Assembly (NCBI GenBank): GCA_963850305.1
Contig: CAWKKR010000008.1
Coordinates: forward strand, 1,312,001 to 1,376,000
Direction: 5' to 3'
Origin: an uncultured delta proteobacterium
GTDB taxonomy: Bacteria > Myxococcota_A > Polyangia > Polyangiales > Polyangiaceae
DNA: 64,000 nucleotides
A program made the position numbers and the translations under genes. Position 1 is the first letter of the stretch. Each line of letters opens with the position of its first letter. The notes beneath the pieces were generated by a model. It was not told the origin of the DNA. It saw only the letters and a list, made by a program, of their open reading frames with translations, and made no database searches. This document shows, piece after piece, positions 47,458 through 60,082 of the stretch.

Positions 47458-48132
47458 CTAACCGCCCTCCTCCATCCTGAGTCTTCCGCCGTCGAGCCGA
47501 AGCACGCGGTCCGCCATTCTCTCGGCAAGCTCGCGCTGGTGAGTGACGAGAACGACGGTGACGCGGCCGCGGGTGAGGTCGGTGATGGTGTCGGCCACGC
47601 CAATCGTGGTCGCGGTGTCGAGGGCGCTCGTGGGTTCGTCGAGGAGAAGGACCTTCGGGTCGTGAGCGAGCGCGCGCACGATGGCGATGCGCTGCTTCTG
47701 TCCCCCGGAGAGCTCGTGCGGGTAAGCGGCAGCACGGTCGGCCAGACCGACGCGTTCGAGGAGAGCTCGCGCAGTTTGGTCGGCAGCGTCGGGGTGTTGC
47801 TTGCGCACGACCCGGGGGGCCAGGGTGATGTTCTCGAGCACGGTCAGGTGGGAGAAGAGATGAAGCTCCTGGAAGACCAGGCCGACGGTCGCCCGGAGAG
47901 CGGCGAGCTCTCGTGACGCCAGCGTGCGGTTCGACGCGAGCTCGAATCCGGCGATTGAGAGGGTTCCCGCGTCGAAAGGCTCGAGCGCGTTCAGACAGCG
48001 GAGCAGCGTGGTCTTGCCGCCACCGGACGCGCCGACGATGGCGACGGTTTCGCCCGCGGCGATCTCCGCCGTGACGCCGTCGAGCGCGACGCGGCCCGCG
48101 TGCGCCTTACACAGGTTCCGGATGCTGATCAT
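47458..48132 (-). CDS. Polar amino acid ABC transporter ATP-binding protein
   Basis: GASGGGKT, LSGGQKQR, LLLDEPTSALD, VTH. Confidence 0.93.
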   Translation of the reverse strand: MISIRNLCKAHAGRVALDGVTAEIAAGETVAIVGASGGGKTTLLRCLNALEPFDAGTLSIAGFELASNRTLASRELAALRATVGLVFQELHLFSHLTVLENITLAPRVVRKQHPDAADQTARALLERVGLADRAAAYPHELSGGQKQRIAIVRALAHDPKVLLLDEPTSALDTATTIGVADTITDLTRGRVTVVLVTHQRELAERMADRVLRLDGGRLRMEEGG

Positions 48133-49588
48133 GCCGAAGCCTTTTCTCGAGGCGGGACGCGAGGCGCGCCAGCGGGTAGCTGACCGCGAAATAGAGTGCG
48201 GCGCAGGCGAGTCCCGGGATGAGCCAGCCGTGAAGTTCCACGGCGGTGATCGTCATGCGCTTGGTCAGCTCCACCACCGTGATGACGCTGACCAGCGAAG
48301 AGTCTTTCAGCAGCGCGACGAAGTCGTTCGTCATGGCGGGGAGCGCGATGCGGAAGGATTGTGGCAAGAGGACATGCACGAGGGTCTGCCAGCGGTCGAG
48401 GCCGAGAGAGCGAGCGGCTTCCGTCTGGCCACGGGGTACGGCGAGGAGCGCGCCGCGGTGAATTTCGGCCTCGTACGCGGCGTAATTGAGTGACAGTCCG
48501 AGGACGGCCGCGGGCAGCGGTCCGAGTCGGATGATGGGGGCAAGGCCGTAATAGAGGACGTAGAGCTGGAGCAAGAGTGGCGTCCCCCGGAAGACCTCGA
48601 CGTAGGCCGACGCAATCCAGCGGGGCAATTGCCGGCGGTCGAGGCGCGCCAGGGCCAGGCCGAGCCCGACGGGTAGCGCGAGCAAGAATGCCGCGAGCGA
48701 CAGGAACACGGTGACGAGCGCGCCGGCGAGGAAGAGCCGCGTGTCCGCGAAAGACCAGTGCCGGACCTGGTCCGGCGAAGGCGTCTTCGACGCGGCGACC
48801 GATCCGACGGATTTCGACAGCTCGACTTGCCGGAAGTCCCAGAGCTTCCAGTGTTCGAGGATGCGGCGGAGCTCGACGTCCGTTCGCATGTCGGTCAGGG
48901 CGGTGTCGATCGCGGCCTTCAGCCGCTCGTCGCCGCGCCGCATGCCGATGATGTAAGAGCCGCGCGCGACGTCGCCAGGGACGCATTCCAGGTCCGGGCG
49001 CGGGCATCCGTAACGATCGGCGATGATGTGATCCAGGAGCACCGCGCTCAGGCGGCCAAGCTCGAGATCCGTGTAGGGTTCGGACACACCCTCATAGAGG
49101 ACGGTCTCGACGCCGCGCGTGCGGAGGAGGTCGTACGCGTAGGATTGATTGAGCGTACCGACGCGTTCGCCGCGGAGCGCATCGAGGGTGCGATGGGCGG
49201 CGCCGCGCCGCACCGCGAGCGTCTCGCCAAAGGCGAAGTAGGGAAGCGATACGAGGATCCGCTCCCGACGTTCCGGCGTGTCCTCGAGTCCGTTCATGGC
49301 AACATCGAAGTCGCCCCGCTCGAGTCCCGGGACGAGATTCGACCAGTCCGCTTGCGCGAACCGGGCATGAACCCCGAGATGCCGCGCGAGGGCATCCGCG
49401 ATATCCACCTCGAACCCGACCAGGTGATGGTCCTTCGGGTCTTCGAAGGCGTACGGCTCGCCGCCCTGCATGTCTCCGCCCCAGACGAGCTCACCGCGCG
49501 TCTCGATTGCCGTCAACGTGTCCGCGGGCTCCGGTCCGCGCGCCGGGTTCGGCAGCGACGTCAACGCAAGGAGCACGAATGGCCACAC
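48107..49588 (-). CDS. Polar amino acid ABC transporter, fused substrate-binding protein and permease
   Basis: GFEVDIA SBP3 domain; FRGTPLLLQL, AYEAEI, GQTEAARSLG, LKDSSL. Confidence 0.93.
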   Translation of the reverse strand: MWPFVLLALTSLPNPARGPEPADTLTAIETRGELVWGGDMQGGEPYAFEDPKDHHLVGFEVDIADALARHLGVHARFAQADWSNLVPGLERGDFDVAMNGLEDTPERRERILVSLPYFAFGETLAVRRGAAHRTLDALRGERVGTLNQSYAYDLLRTRGVETVLYEGVSEPYTDLELGRLSAVLLDHIIADRYGCPRPDLECVPGDVARGSYIIGMRRGDERLKAAIDTALTDMRTDVELRRILEHWKLWDFRQVELSKSVGSVAASKTPSPDQVRHWSFADTRLFLAGALVTVFLSLAAFLLALPVGLGLALARLDRRQLPRWIASAYVEVFRGTPLLLQLYVLYYGLAPIIRLGPLPAAVLGLSLNYAAYEAEIHRGALLAVPRGQTEAARSLGLDRWQTLVHVLLPQSFRIALPAMTNDFVALLKDSSLVSVITVVELTKRMTITAVELHGWLIPGLACAALYFAVSYPLARLASRLEKRLRHDQHPEPV

Positions 49589-49640
49589 GACGGCATCATC
49601 ACGGGCTCACGCCGCGCGCGGCAAGGGACTCGGTCAGTAC

Positions 49641-49868
49641 GCGAGCGAAGCGAGCCCGCCGAAGGCGGCGGGGGGAGCGGTCGCGAAGCGAGCCGCGGGG
49701 GGCTAAGGCCCCCCCGGGACCCAAGGGAGCGGTCGCGAAGCGAGCCGCGGGGGCTAAGGCCCCCCGGGACCCAAGGGAGCGGTCGCGAAGCGAGCCGCGG
49801 GGGGCTAAGGCCCCCCGGGACCCAAGGGAGCTGTCGCGAAGCGAGCCGCGGGGGGCAAGGCCCCCCTT
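49641..49868 (-). repeat. REP-like element cluster: four ~50-bp hairpin modules plus the CCGCC-TTC-GGCGG module
   Basis: GGAGCGGTCGCGAAGCGAGCCGCGGGGGGCTAAGGCCCCCC repeated; homologous to the reverse complement of the 31781 array unit. Confidence 0.92.
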
Positions 49869-49869
49869 C

Positions 49870-51360
49870 CTAATAAACCAGCGAAGCGTACAGATTCCCC
49901 CCGAAGATCCAGCCCTCGCTCGCGAACCCCGGCCAGCCCGGGTTGTTCGTCTGCAGGCCACGGCTGCCTGGGATGGGAGCGAGGTTCTTGTCGACCGACC
50001 CGTCCGGGAATTCATCGATGATGAGGTCGTTTTGCTTCGCCTGATACCGATAGATGAGCGCGTGTGCCTGAGCCGTGACGCCGATGCGCAAGGGGTGGTT
50101 GAAGATCTGGAACTCGTAGTCCGTACCGATGGATGCGCCGACGCGATCGTTGTCGACGTAGTTGGAGCGGCCCGTCTGCAAGGGCACCGGGCTCGGGTGA
50201 ACGGTGAAGTCCAGGTAGCTCCGTGATTTCCTGTGCGAGTACCGGACGCCGACGCTCCCGGTGACGACGTCTTTCCACGCGAATGCGCTGCCGTAAACGT
50301 CGGGGTGCTGCCCGTGGCGGTCGAGGTAGTGCGACCAGGCCTCGTACTGCGCCGTCCAGGTGACGGAGACGAGGTGCTCGGAGCCGGGGTTCAGATCGAG
50401 GTCTCCCCCGATGGCCGCGATCCACGGAACGTAGTCGTGGACCTCCGTGAGAGTGACCTGGGACTGGTTGCCGGCGGGGAGCGTCGCGGAGATCCCCGTC
50501 TTCAGCACGATCTTCTGGACCGCGTGGAACGTCGCGCTGAGCCTCAGGCGATCGATTGGCGTGAAGGTGATGCCCGCGTCGGGGGTCACGGCCGTCGTGA
50601 CGGCCACCTTGTTGTCCAGCAAGAGCTTCGAGTAGTCGACGGGGTCCGGGACGTACGTTGCGGCGGCGGCCGAGTTGGCGATGCTCAAGGAGAAGCTCAC
50701 GCCGACGGCGAGTCTTCGCGTGATGTGCCCGCCCGCGCCGAACGCGAGAGACGGAGAGGTCAGGCGATCGGAGTAGAGTTCCGGGTGGAGGCTGTTCGAG
50801 AAGAACTGTTCGCGCTCGTCATTGTGAAATGAGTCCATCTGCGTGAAATTTCCGTTCGGTACCAGCGCGTGCACGCCGAGGACGACCCACGGATCGAAGA
50901 CGTGGCTCACGAGCCCGATCGACGTGTAGGTCCGGGTGACGCCGCTCGAACCCGCGCTCTGGCGCGGCCTCGCTGCGAAGGACGCGCCGTTGCAAGTGGC
51001 AGGTGTGCAGCCGTTCTGTAGCCACTGGGTGGGCACGGTGTCGTTCGGGATCGGTTGATGAGTGCGAGGGTCGAGCGCGGTCCGATCGCCGACGACGAGC
51101 GGGACGTCTCCCGCGGGGCGGCCGTCGAGAATCATCGAGATCTGGTCGCTCAGGACGAAGAGCCCGAGATTGAATTCCTGGGGCGAGTCGGCCAGGAGCG
51201 CCGGATTGAAATAGGTCGACGCGGCGCCGGCGCCCGTCGAGCGAGCGTTGAACCCGCCCTGCCCGGACGTGTCGCCGACGAGCTCGAACAGCGGCGAGCC
51301 GAGCGCGTTCCCTGACGCCAGTAGCACCGCAGTCGAACACGTCATCCAATGTTTGAGCAT
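49870..51360 (-). CDS. OmpP1/FadL-like outer-membrane transporter
   Basis: Signal peptide; STYFNPALL hatch motif; many amphipathic strands; ends in Tyr. Confidence 0.75.
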   Translation of the reverse strand: MLKHWMTCSTAVLLASGNALGSPLFELVGDTSGQGGFNARSTGAGAASTYFNPALLADSPQEFNLGLFVLSDQISMILDGRPAGDVPLVVGDRTALDPRTHQPIPNDTVPTQWLQNGCTPATCNGASFAARPRQSAGSSGVTRTYTSIGLVSHVFDPWVVLGVHALVPNGNFTQMDSFHNDEREQFFSNSLHPELYSDRLTSPSLAFGAGGHITRRLAVGVSFSLSIANSAAAATYVPDPVDYSKLLLDNKVAVTTAVTPDAGITFTPIDRLRLSATFHAVQKIVLKTGISATLPAGNQSQVTLTEVHDYVPWIAAIGGDLDLNPGSEHLVSVTWTAQYEAWSHYLDRHGQHPDVYGSAFAWKDVVTGSVGVRYSHRKSRSYLDFTVHPSPVPLQTGRSNYVDNDRVGASIGTDYEFQIFNHPLRIGVTAQAHALIYRYQAKQNDLIIDEFPDGSVDKNLAPIPGSRGLQTNNPGWPGFASEGWIFGGNLYASLVY

Positions 51361-51362
51361 CT

Positions 51363-52499
51363 TCAAGGGCTGGGCACGTAAGGTTGGTGGGGCTCCGCCG
51401 CGCGCACGTTGGCACAGGTCGTCATGTCGGTTTCGACGTCGCCGCCTGGCGCCGCCGCTGCGATCGCCGAGACGCGCGGGTCGCTGAGTTCCTTGCCGAG
51501 AAAGAGAAAGTCGACGTGCCCCGGCAGATCCAGAGCGGGCGTCGAGCCGGCCTCGAGGAGCGGACACAGGCTCGGCGCGCAATCTTCGACCGAGAGCACG
51601 CTTTCCTGATTGTCGAACGTCGACACGGCCGAAAACTCGATCGACCCCGTCGGTACGGGCGTCGCTGGATCGGGCGAGTACTCGTTCCAATCCCGCTGCG
51701 CCACATTCCGGATCCCGGGGATGTTGCCGGTCAGGTGCAGTGAGAGGCCGAGCGTTCCGTTGCCCTCGGGGTCGGTCGCGCCCGTCGTATCTGCCGCAGT
51801 GGGGAGCGGCACCAGATCCGCGAGTGCCGGATCCTTCGAGAAATCCGCCGGCAGGAAGCTCTCTTCCGCGCCTCGAACCAGATACCAGCGATCCAGGGAA
51901 AGCTCACACGAGTCCCCATTCTGCACGAACGAGCCGTGGCGCGCGCCGTGTGCGCCGGAGGCGACCTGCGAGTTCGAATAGAGGAGGGACTTCAAGCCGT
52001 CGTCGTCGAGCGTGACGGTCACCGTGCCCGTCACCTCGATTCCACAGGTCAGAGCCTGGTCGACCGTGACGACCGTGCCGCTCTGGGTGAAGTGATAGAA
52101 GTACCAGTTGCTCGACGTCTGCACCGCTTGCACGATCGTGTCGCGCGAGTAGTTCGTCTGGTGCACGGCGAAGTAACCGCCGAGATCGCAGCCCGTGGTG
52201 CCCGCCGCGGCCTTGCAGGTGGAGTCGCACGTGACCCCGTTGGGCGGATCGCACTCTTCATCGCCCTCGAGCTTGCCGTCGCCGCAGATACCTGTGCACA
52301 CGTCGTTCGGGCATTGCCACCCGGAGACGATGCGGCAATCCACGCAACCCGGACTGTCGACGTCGCACTGTTCGTCGCCGGTGACCTTGCCGTCGCCGCA
52401 GACGGAGTCGACCGGCAAGATACGATCATGAGCGCATCCCGCCGTCACGAGGGCAATCAGGATCGCGGCCGAGGTCTTCGCCGTCGCTGGAGACATCAT
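51363..52499 (-). CDS. Lipoprotein with Myxococcus Cys-rich (DUF4215-like) repeats
   Basis: Lipobox TAGC; VCGDGKVTGDEQCD and ICGDGKLEGDEECD. Confidence 0.8.
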   Translation of the reverse strand: MMSPATAKTSAAILIALVTAGCAHDRILPVDSVCGDGKVTGDEQCDVDSPGCVDCRIVSGWQCPNDVCTGICGDGKLEGDEECDPPNGVTCDSTCKAAAGTTGCDLGGYFAVHQTNYSRDTIVQAVQTSSNWYFYHFTQSGTVVTVDQALTCGIEVTGTVTVTLDDDGLKSLLYSNSQVASGAHGARHGSFVQNGDSCELSLDRWYLVRGAEESFLPADFSKDPALADLVPLPTAADTTGATDPEGNGTLGLSLHLTGNIPGIRNVAQRDWNEYSPDPATPVPTGSIEFSAVSTFDNQESVLSVEDCAPSLCPLLEAGSTPALDLPGHVDFLFLGKELSDPRVSAIAAAAPGGDVETDMTTCANVRAAEPHQPYVPSP

Positions 52500-52616
52500 C
52501 CCTTCGTTCAATCGGCAAAGACTCGGCTCGGACGATACTCCGTTCCCGGCGCTCGCCGAAAGAGTCACGAGCGTCGCGACGCGTCACGTCGACCTGGGTC
52601 CGGGCGGCGTGGAGAA

Positions 52617-55469
<2,853 letters not shown>

Positions 55470-55632
55470 CGGGACGTTTCGTCCGGGGAGCGCGCAGTCG
55501 GAGGTCGAAGCGACGGCGATTCTCCGCGGGACGCGAAGAATAGCGGAGGGCACGCCGAAGTCTCGAGGTTTCGGTGGTCGCGTCCTGCCTCGGGCTTGAC
55601 GGGCTCGGTCGTGCAGGTAACGTCCGGGCGAC

Positions 55633-56355
55633 GTGTCAGAGCCGTCCGCAAGGCCCGAGGGTGCCGTTGGTGCACCGCCCGATCTGGAGCAGCCTTCGGG
55701 TGGAGAGCGCGAGCACGCTTCGGACCAGGTGTTTCGCGAGCTTGCCACCGCGATCCTGAACCGCGAGCTGTCACCGGGGACGCCGCTTCCGCCGGAACGC
55801 GAGCTCTCCGAGAGGTTCGGCGTGTCGCGGATCGTCGTCCGCGAAGCCGTTCATCGACTGAAGGAGTACGAGCTCGTTCGCGTGCGCCAGGGCAGTCCCA
55901 CCTTGGTGCTCGACGCGGATCGCGCGACGGACATTCGTCTGCTCGGGCTGGAGATCGAGCTCGTTCCCCTCGGTCCCGAGGGGATGAACGCTTTCGCCGA
56001 ACGGCAGATCTATTCTGCGGCTGGACTCCTCGATCTTGCCGAGCAGCGCATGACCGACGAGGAGCTCGACGCGCTGGAACGACTGATCGACGAACGCTCG
56101 CGGGACACGGACGCGATCCAGTTCGATCGCGCCTATTGGGTGTCTCTGGCCCGGGGCACACGCAATCGAATCTACGTTCGCGAGGTCAATTGGTATCATA
56201 ACCTGCTCGAACGTGACGCGCGCTTCCGGACACAGATGCCGCTCGAGCGGCGCGTCGAACTCTATCGCGCGCTCCTCTCGACGCAACGGAACCGGAGCGG
56301 TTCGGCGGCGCTCTACCTGGCCGCGATACGCGCACACCGCGGCGCGCTGGTGTAG
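55633..56355 (+). CDS. GntR/FadR family transcriptional regulator
   Basis: LPPERELSERFGVSRIVVREA...RQG. Confidence 0.92.
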   Translation: MSEPSARPEGAVGAPPDLEQPSGGEREHASDQVFRELATAILNRELSPGTPLPPERELSERFGVSRIVVREAVHRLKEYELVRVRQGSPTLVLDADRATDIRLLGLEIELVPLGPEGMNAFAERQIYSAAGLLDLAEQRMTDEELDALERLIDERSRDTDAIQFDRAYWVSLARGTRNRIYVREVNWYHNLLERDARFRTQMPLERRVELYRALLSTQRNRSGSAALYLAAIRAHRGALV

Positions 56356-56361
56356 GGCGCT

Positions 56362-57060
56362 CTAGATGCGCCCATAGACCGGGATCGCGGCGCCGGAGAC
56401 GTCGCGTGCATCGTCCGACAGCAGGAACGCGATGACGCGCGCGAGCGATTCGGGCGACACCCAGCGCAGCGGATCGGCGGAGGGCATCGCGGCGCGGTTC
56501 GAGGGGGTATCGATCACGCTCGGCAGGACGCAATTCACCCGTACTCCCATGCCGACCACCTCGGCCGCCACGGTGCGAGCGTACGCCACGACGGCGCTCT
56601 TGGCGGCCACGTAGGCCGCTGCTCCCGTGTTTTCCCATGGTCGTTCGACGGCGCGCGAGCCCAGTAACACGATGCTTCCGTGGCGCGCCGCGGACATCGG
56701 ACCGATCAGTGCGCGCACGCTCTTCTCGGCCGTGTCGAGGTTCATCTCGAACATCCGGCGAAAGTTCGGATCCTCGTCGCTCGCGCCGGCGGTGGCACCC
56801 CCCGCCCAGCCGCCGGCACAGAGAACCGCACCCGTCGGAACACCGAACTCCGACCGGACGCGCTCAACCGCGCCGCGCCATGCCGCGCCCGAGGTCAGAT
56901 CGATCGCGATGGGCAGACACGCGCCCGGTCGAGCGAGAGCCTCGAGCCTCGGCGAGGGACGGTCCAGCGCGGCAACGTGATGGCCGCGCTCGAGCAACAC
57001 TCGCGTGACTTCCGTACCGAGTCCGCCGGCCGCACCCGTGATGACTGTGATCAGGCTCAT
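56362..57060 (-). CDS. Short-chain dehydrogenase/reductase
   Basis: ITGAAGGLG, YVAAK, LPSVIDTPSNR, GAAIPVYG. Confidence 0.92.
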   Translation of the reverse strand: MSLITVITGAAGGLGTEVTRVLLERGHHVAALDRPSPRLEALARPGACLPIAIDLTSGAAWRGAVERVRSEFGVPTGAVLCAGGWAGGATAGASDEDPNFRRMFEMNLDTAEKSVRALIGPMSAARHGSIVLLGSRAVERPWENTGAAAYVAAKSAVVAYARTVAAEVVGMGVRVNCVLPSVIDTPSNRAAMPSADPLRWVSPESLARVIAFLLSDDARDVSGAAIPVYGRI

Positions 57061-57069
57061 GGATCTTCC

Positions 57070-57822
57070 TCACTGAAATGTGACGCCGAACGAAAAGCGC
57101 GCTGCGATGACGACCGGATAAAAAGAGGGAGCGACGTCGACCACCGTTCCATTGCCTAGGGTCAGCTCCAGCCCGTCGCAATGCGACGAGTCGACGCAAC
57201 GAGTCTCGTGATTCAAATCGACGCCGAGGCCGAAGTCGCCCGCGATCGTGAAGACGCCGAACGTCGACACGGAGCCAATCATGCCGATGAGCTGGCGATC
57301 CGTGTGGCTGAGCCTGTCGACGAGACCCCCGTTATCGTCGCTGGTTCGATAACCGTAGCCGTAGTTCGTGAAGATGGCGCGGAGGACATAACCCTGGAAA
57401 ACATGGCCGCCGAGCCAGAACCCAGCCCCGATGCTGGTCCCACTGAGCGGCCCGAGGCCATTCGATGACTGGCTCACGGAACTCGCGCGATCCGTGTAGC
57501 TGTCGAGAGTCGGCGGCGTGCCGTCCGTCACGAACACCGGGACGAGCTCCGCCGAGAGCCAGTCCGTGATGCCCGCCTCGAGCTGTATCCCGAGGCGACC
57601 CTCGAGCAGCCAGTTGAACGGGTCGATACGCACCGACCAGGGCGGCATGCGAAACGCGCCTGCGCTCGGGTCGTTTCTCTGGGGCGGCGCGGGCGGCGGA
57701 GTGCTCGAGTAATACGCGGGGGGCGGCGGTGCATACGGCGCGGGCGCGGCCGTCTGGGCCGTGGCGGTGCGGCAGAAACCGCACGCGGCCGACAGCACGA
57801 CGAGGGTACGGAAGGTCCCCAT
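57070..57822 (-). CDS. Probable outer-membrane beta-barrel protein
   Basis: Signal ending ATA, Pro-rich linker, amphipathic strands, C-terminal RFSFGVTFQ; TGATG coupling to fbp. Confidence 0.65.
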   Translation of the reverse strand: MGTFRTLVVLSAACGFCRTATAQTAAPAPYAPPPPAYYSSTPPPAPPQRNDPSAGAFRMPPWSVRIDPFNWLLEGRLGIQLEAGITDWLSAELVPVFVTDGTPPTLDSYTDRASSVSQSSNGLGPLSGTSIGAGFWLGGHVFQGYVLRAIFTNYGYGYRTSDDNGGLVDRLSHTDRQLIGMIGSVSTFGVFTIAGDFGLGVDLNHETRCVDSSHCDGLELTLGNGTVVDVAPSFYPVVIAARFSFGVTFQ

Positions 57823-58871
57823 CAGCCCTTCTTCGCCATGTAATGCGGATCCGTCGCGACGAACCTCTTGAATGTCTCGACGTCGCTCGTCGATCCGAGG
57901 ACGAGGGGTACTCGCTGGTGGAGCGCCGTCGGCACGATGTCCAGGATGCGCTCGCGCCCCGTGCTGGCCACTCCTCCCGCCGCTTCGAAGATCAGAGCGA
58001 ACGGATTGGCTTCGTACATCAGGCGCAGCTTGCCTTCGGGGGATTTCAGGTCCGCCGGGTAAGCAAAGATGCCGCCCTTCAGCAGCGTCCGGTGTGCGTC
58101 TGCGACCATCGAACCGACGTACCGATGGGAATAGGGCCGACCACTCGCCTCGTCCGTGTCCTTCAGGTGGGAGGCCCAGGCTTTCACGCCCGAGGTCCAG
58201 CGCCCTGAATAGCCCTCGTTGATCGAATAGTACGGACCGCGGTCGGGGCAACGAATGTTTTCGTGCGAGAGAAAGAAATCCCCCGCGGCAGGATCCCACG
58301 TGAAACCGTGGACGCCGCGTCCCGTGGTGAACACGAGCACCGTCGACGAGCCGTAAATCACGTAACCCGCGGCCACGAGCTCACTCCCGGGCCGCAAGAA
58401 GCTCTCGAGCCGGGGAGGGCCTTTGGACCGATCGCACTTCAGAATGCCGAAAATCGTGCCGATCGAGATATCCACGTCGATGTTGCTGGAGCCGTCCAGC
58501 GGATCGGCCACGACGAGATAGCTTCCGGTCGAGTCGGGGAAGAACATTGGTTCTTCCATCTCTTCCGTCGCGATGGCCGCGCAGTGACCCCTTCGCCGCA
58601 GCGATACCGTCAACGTGTCATTGGCGATGATGTCGAGCTTCTGCACATGCTCGCCCTGAACGTTCGTGTCCCCCGTGTATCCGAGCGTGTCTGCCAGGCC
58701 GGCGCGCCTCACGCGCGCGGTGATGATCTTTGCCGCGAGCGTGATCTGGTTGAGGAGCGACGTGAAATTTCCGGACGCACCCGGCACGCCGAACATGCCC
58801 TCGAGAATGAACGTCTCGAGATTGATGCCCATCTGCGACCCATCGGTCGGCTTCCAGGAAAGCTTTGCCAT
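57822..58871 (-). CDS. fbp: Class 1 fructose-1,6-bisphosphatase
   Basis: NVQGE, KLD, DPLDGSSN, YSINEG, RYVGSMVAD, KLRLMYEANP. Confidence 0.96.
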   Translation of the reverse strand: MAKLSWKPTDGSQMGINLETFILEGMFGVPGASGNFTSLLNQITLAAKIITARVRRAGLADTLGYTGDTNVQGEHVQKLDIIANDTLTVSLRRRGHCAAIATEEMEEPMFFPDSTGSYLVVADPLDGSSNIDVDISIGTIFGILKCDRSKGPPRLESFLRPGSELVAAGYVIYGSSTVLVFTTGRGVHGFTWDPAAGDFFLSHENIRCPDRGPYYSINEGYSGRWTSGVKAWASHLKDTDEASGRPYSHRYVGSMVADAHRTLLKGGIFAYPADLKSPEGKLRLMYEANPFALIFEAAGGVASTGRERILDIVPTALHQRVPLVLGSTSDVETFKRFVATDPHYMAKKG

Positions 58872-59003
58872 TGTTCCCTCGAGTAGTGGCGGGCGTTGCG
58901 ACCCTGCGCGTTCAGAACTAGGGTGCCCGTCAGGATTCAAGCATGCGCTCTCGGGCGTCGGAAGCGCCAAACCGCCGTCGCGGTTTCAATCGGAGATAGG
59001 GCT

Positions 59004-59921
59004 ATGAGGTTCACCGATCGCGTCAAACAGATTCTCTCCTGGTACGCGTCCGACAACCCCGGTACCCGCGCACAACTCGCGCGTCTTCTGAATACAGGGG
59101 ACCTGGCCGGAACGGGGAAGCTCGTGATTTTGCCAGTGGACCAGGGATTCGAGCACGGCCCGTTGCGATCCTTCGCCGGCAACGGCCCCGCGCACGACCC
59201 CCTGTATCATTTTCAACTCGCCCTCGACGCGGGTTGCAACGCCTACGCGGCGCCCCTCGGGTTCCTGGAGGCCGGCGCGGCCGACTACGCGGGCCAGATC
59301 CCACTCATCCTCAAGCTGAACAACAGCGACACCCTGTCCAAGGGGGAGCCCTGCTCGGCCATCACCGGCTCCGTGGAAGACGCGCTCCGGCTTGGCTGCG
59401 CCGCCGTCGGTTACACGATCTATCCCGGCTCCGAGCGACGCAACCAGATGTACGAAGACCTTCGCGAGATCACGCTCGAGGCGAAGCGCAAGGGTCTCGC
59501 CGTCGTAGTGTGGGCTTACCCGCGCGGTTCCGGCCTCAGCAAAGAGGGGGAAACCGCCATCGACATCGCGGCATACGCGGCTCAGATCGCCTGTCAGCTC
59601 GGCGCGCACATCGTGAAAATCAAGGCGCCGACGGCGCACATCGAGCAGGTGGAAGCGAAGAAGGCGCTCGAGAAAGCGAACATTCCCATCGCGACCCTGG
59701 CCGATCGCGTCCGCTACTGCGTCCAGGCTGCGTTCGGTGGGCGTCGCATCCTGATCTTTTCGGGTGGCCCCGCGAAAACCAACGATGAAGTCCTCGAGGA
59801 GATCCGCCAGCTTCAACAAGGCGGCTCGTTCGGGTCCATCCTCGGGCGGAACGCGTTCCAGAGGCCTCATGCCGAGGGCGTGGCGCTCCTGAAGCAAGTC
59901 ATCGGCATCTACAAAGCCTGA
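59004..59921 (+). CDS. fbaB: Class I fructose-bisphosphate aldolase
   Basis: ILPVDQGFEHGP, TIYPGS, WAYPRG, GAHIVKIK, FSGG, GRNAFQR. Confidence 0.93.
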   Translation: MRFTDRVKQILSWYASDNPGTRAQLARLLNTGDLAGTGKLVILPVDQGFEHGPLRSFAGNGPAHDPLYHFQLALDAGCNAYAAPLGFLEAGAADYAGQIPLILKLNNSDTLSKGEPCSAITGSVEDALRLGCAAVGYTIYPGSERRNQMYEDLREITLEAKRKGLAVVVWAYPRGSGLSKEGETAIDIAAYAAQIACQLGAHIVKIKAPTAHIEQVEAKKALEKANIPIATLADRVRYCVQAAFGGRRILIFSGGPAKTNDEVLEEIRQLQQGGSFGSILGRNAFQRPHAEGVALLKQVIGIYKA

Positions 59922-60082
59922 AAACCAGGGCCCACGACGTGTTTTGCCGTCCCCGGACGTCGCGGGCGGATCCGGCGCAGGCCGTTTTCGGCTGGGAGGG
60001 GAAGCGAGAGCGTGACCAGCGACGCTCGAACCCCCGTCGAATGAGCGAGTCTCCCGCGGCGGTGTTGGTGTAGTCGTATCCC

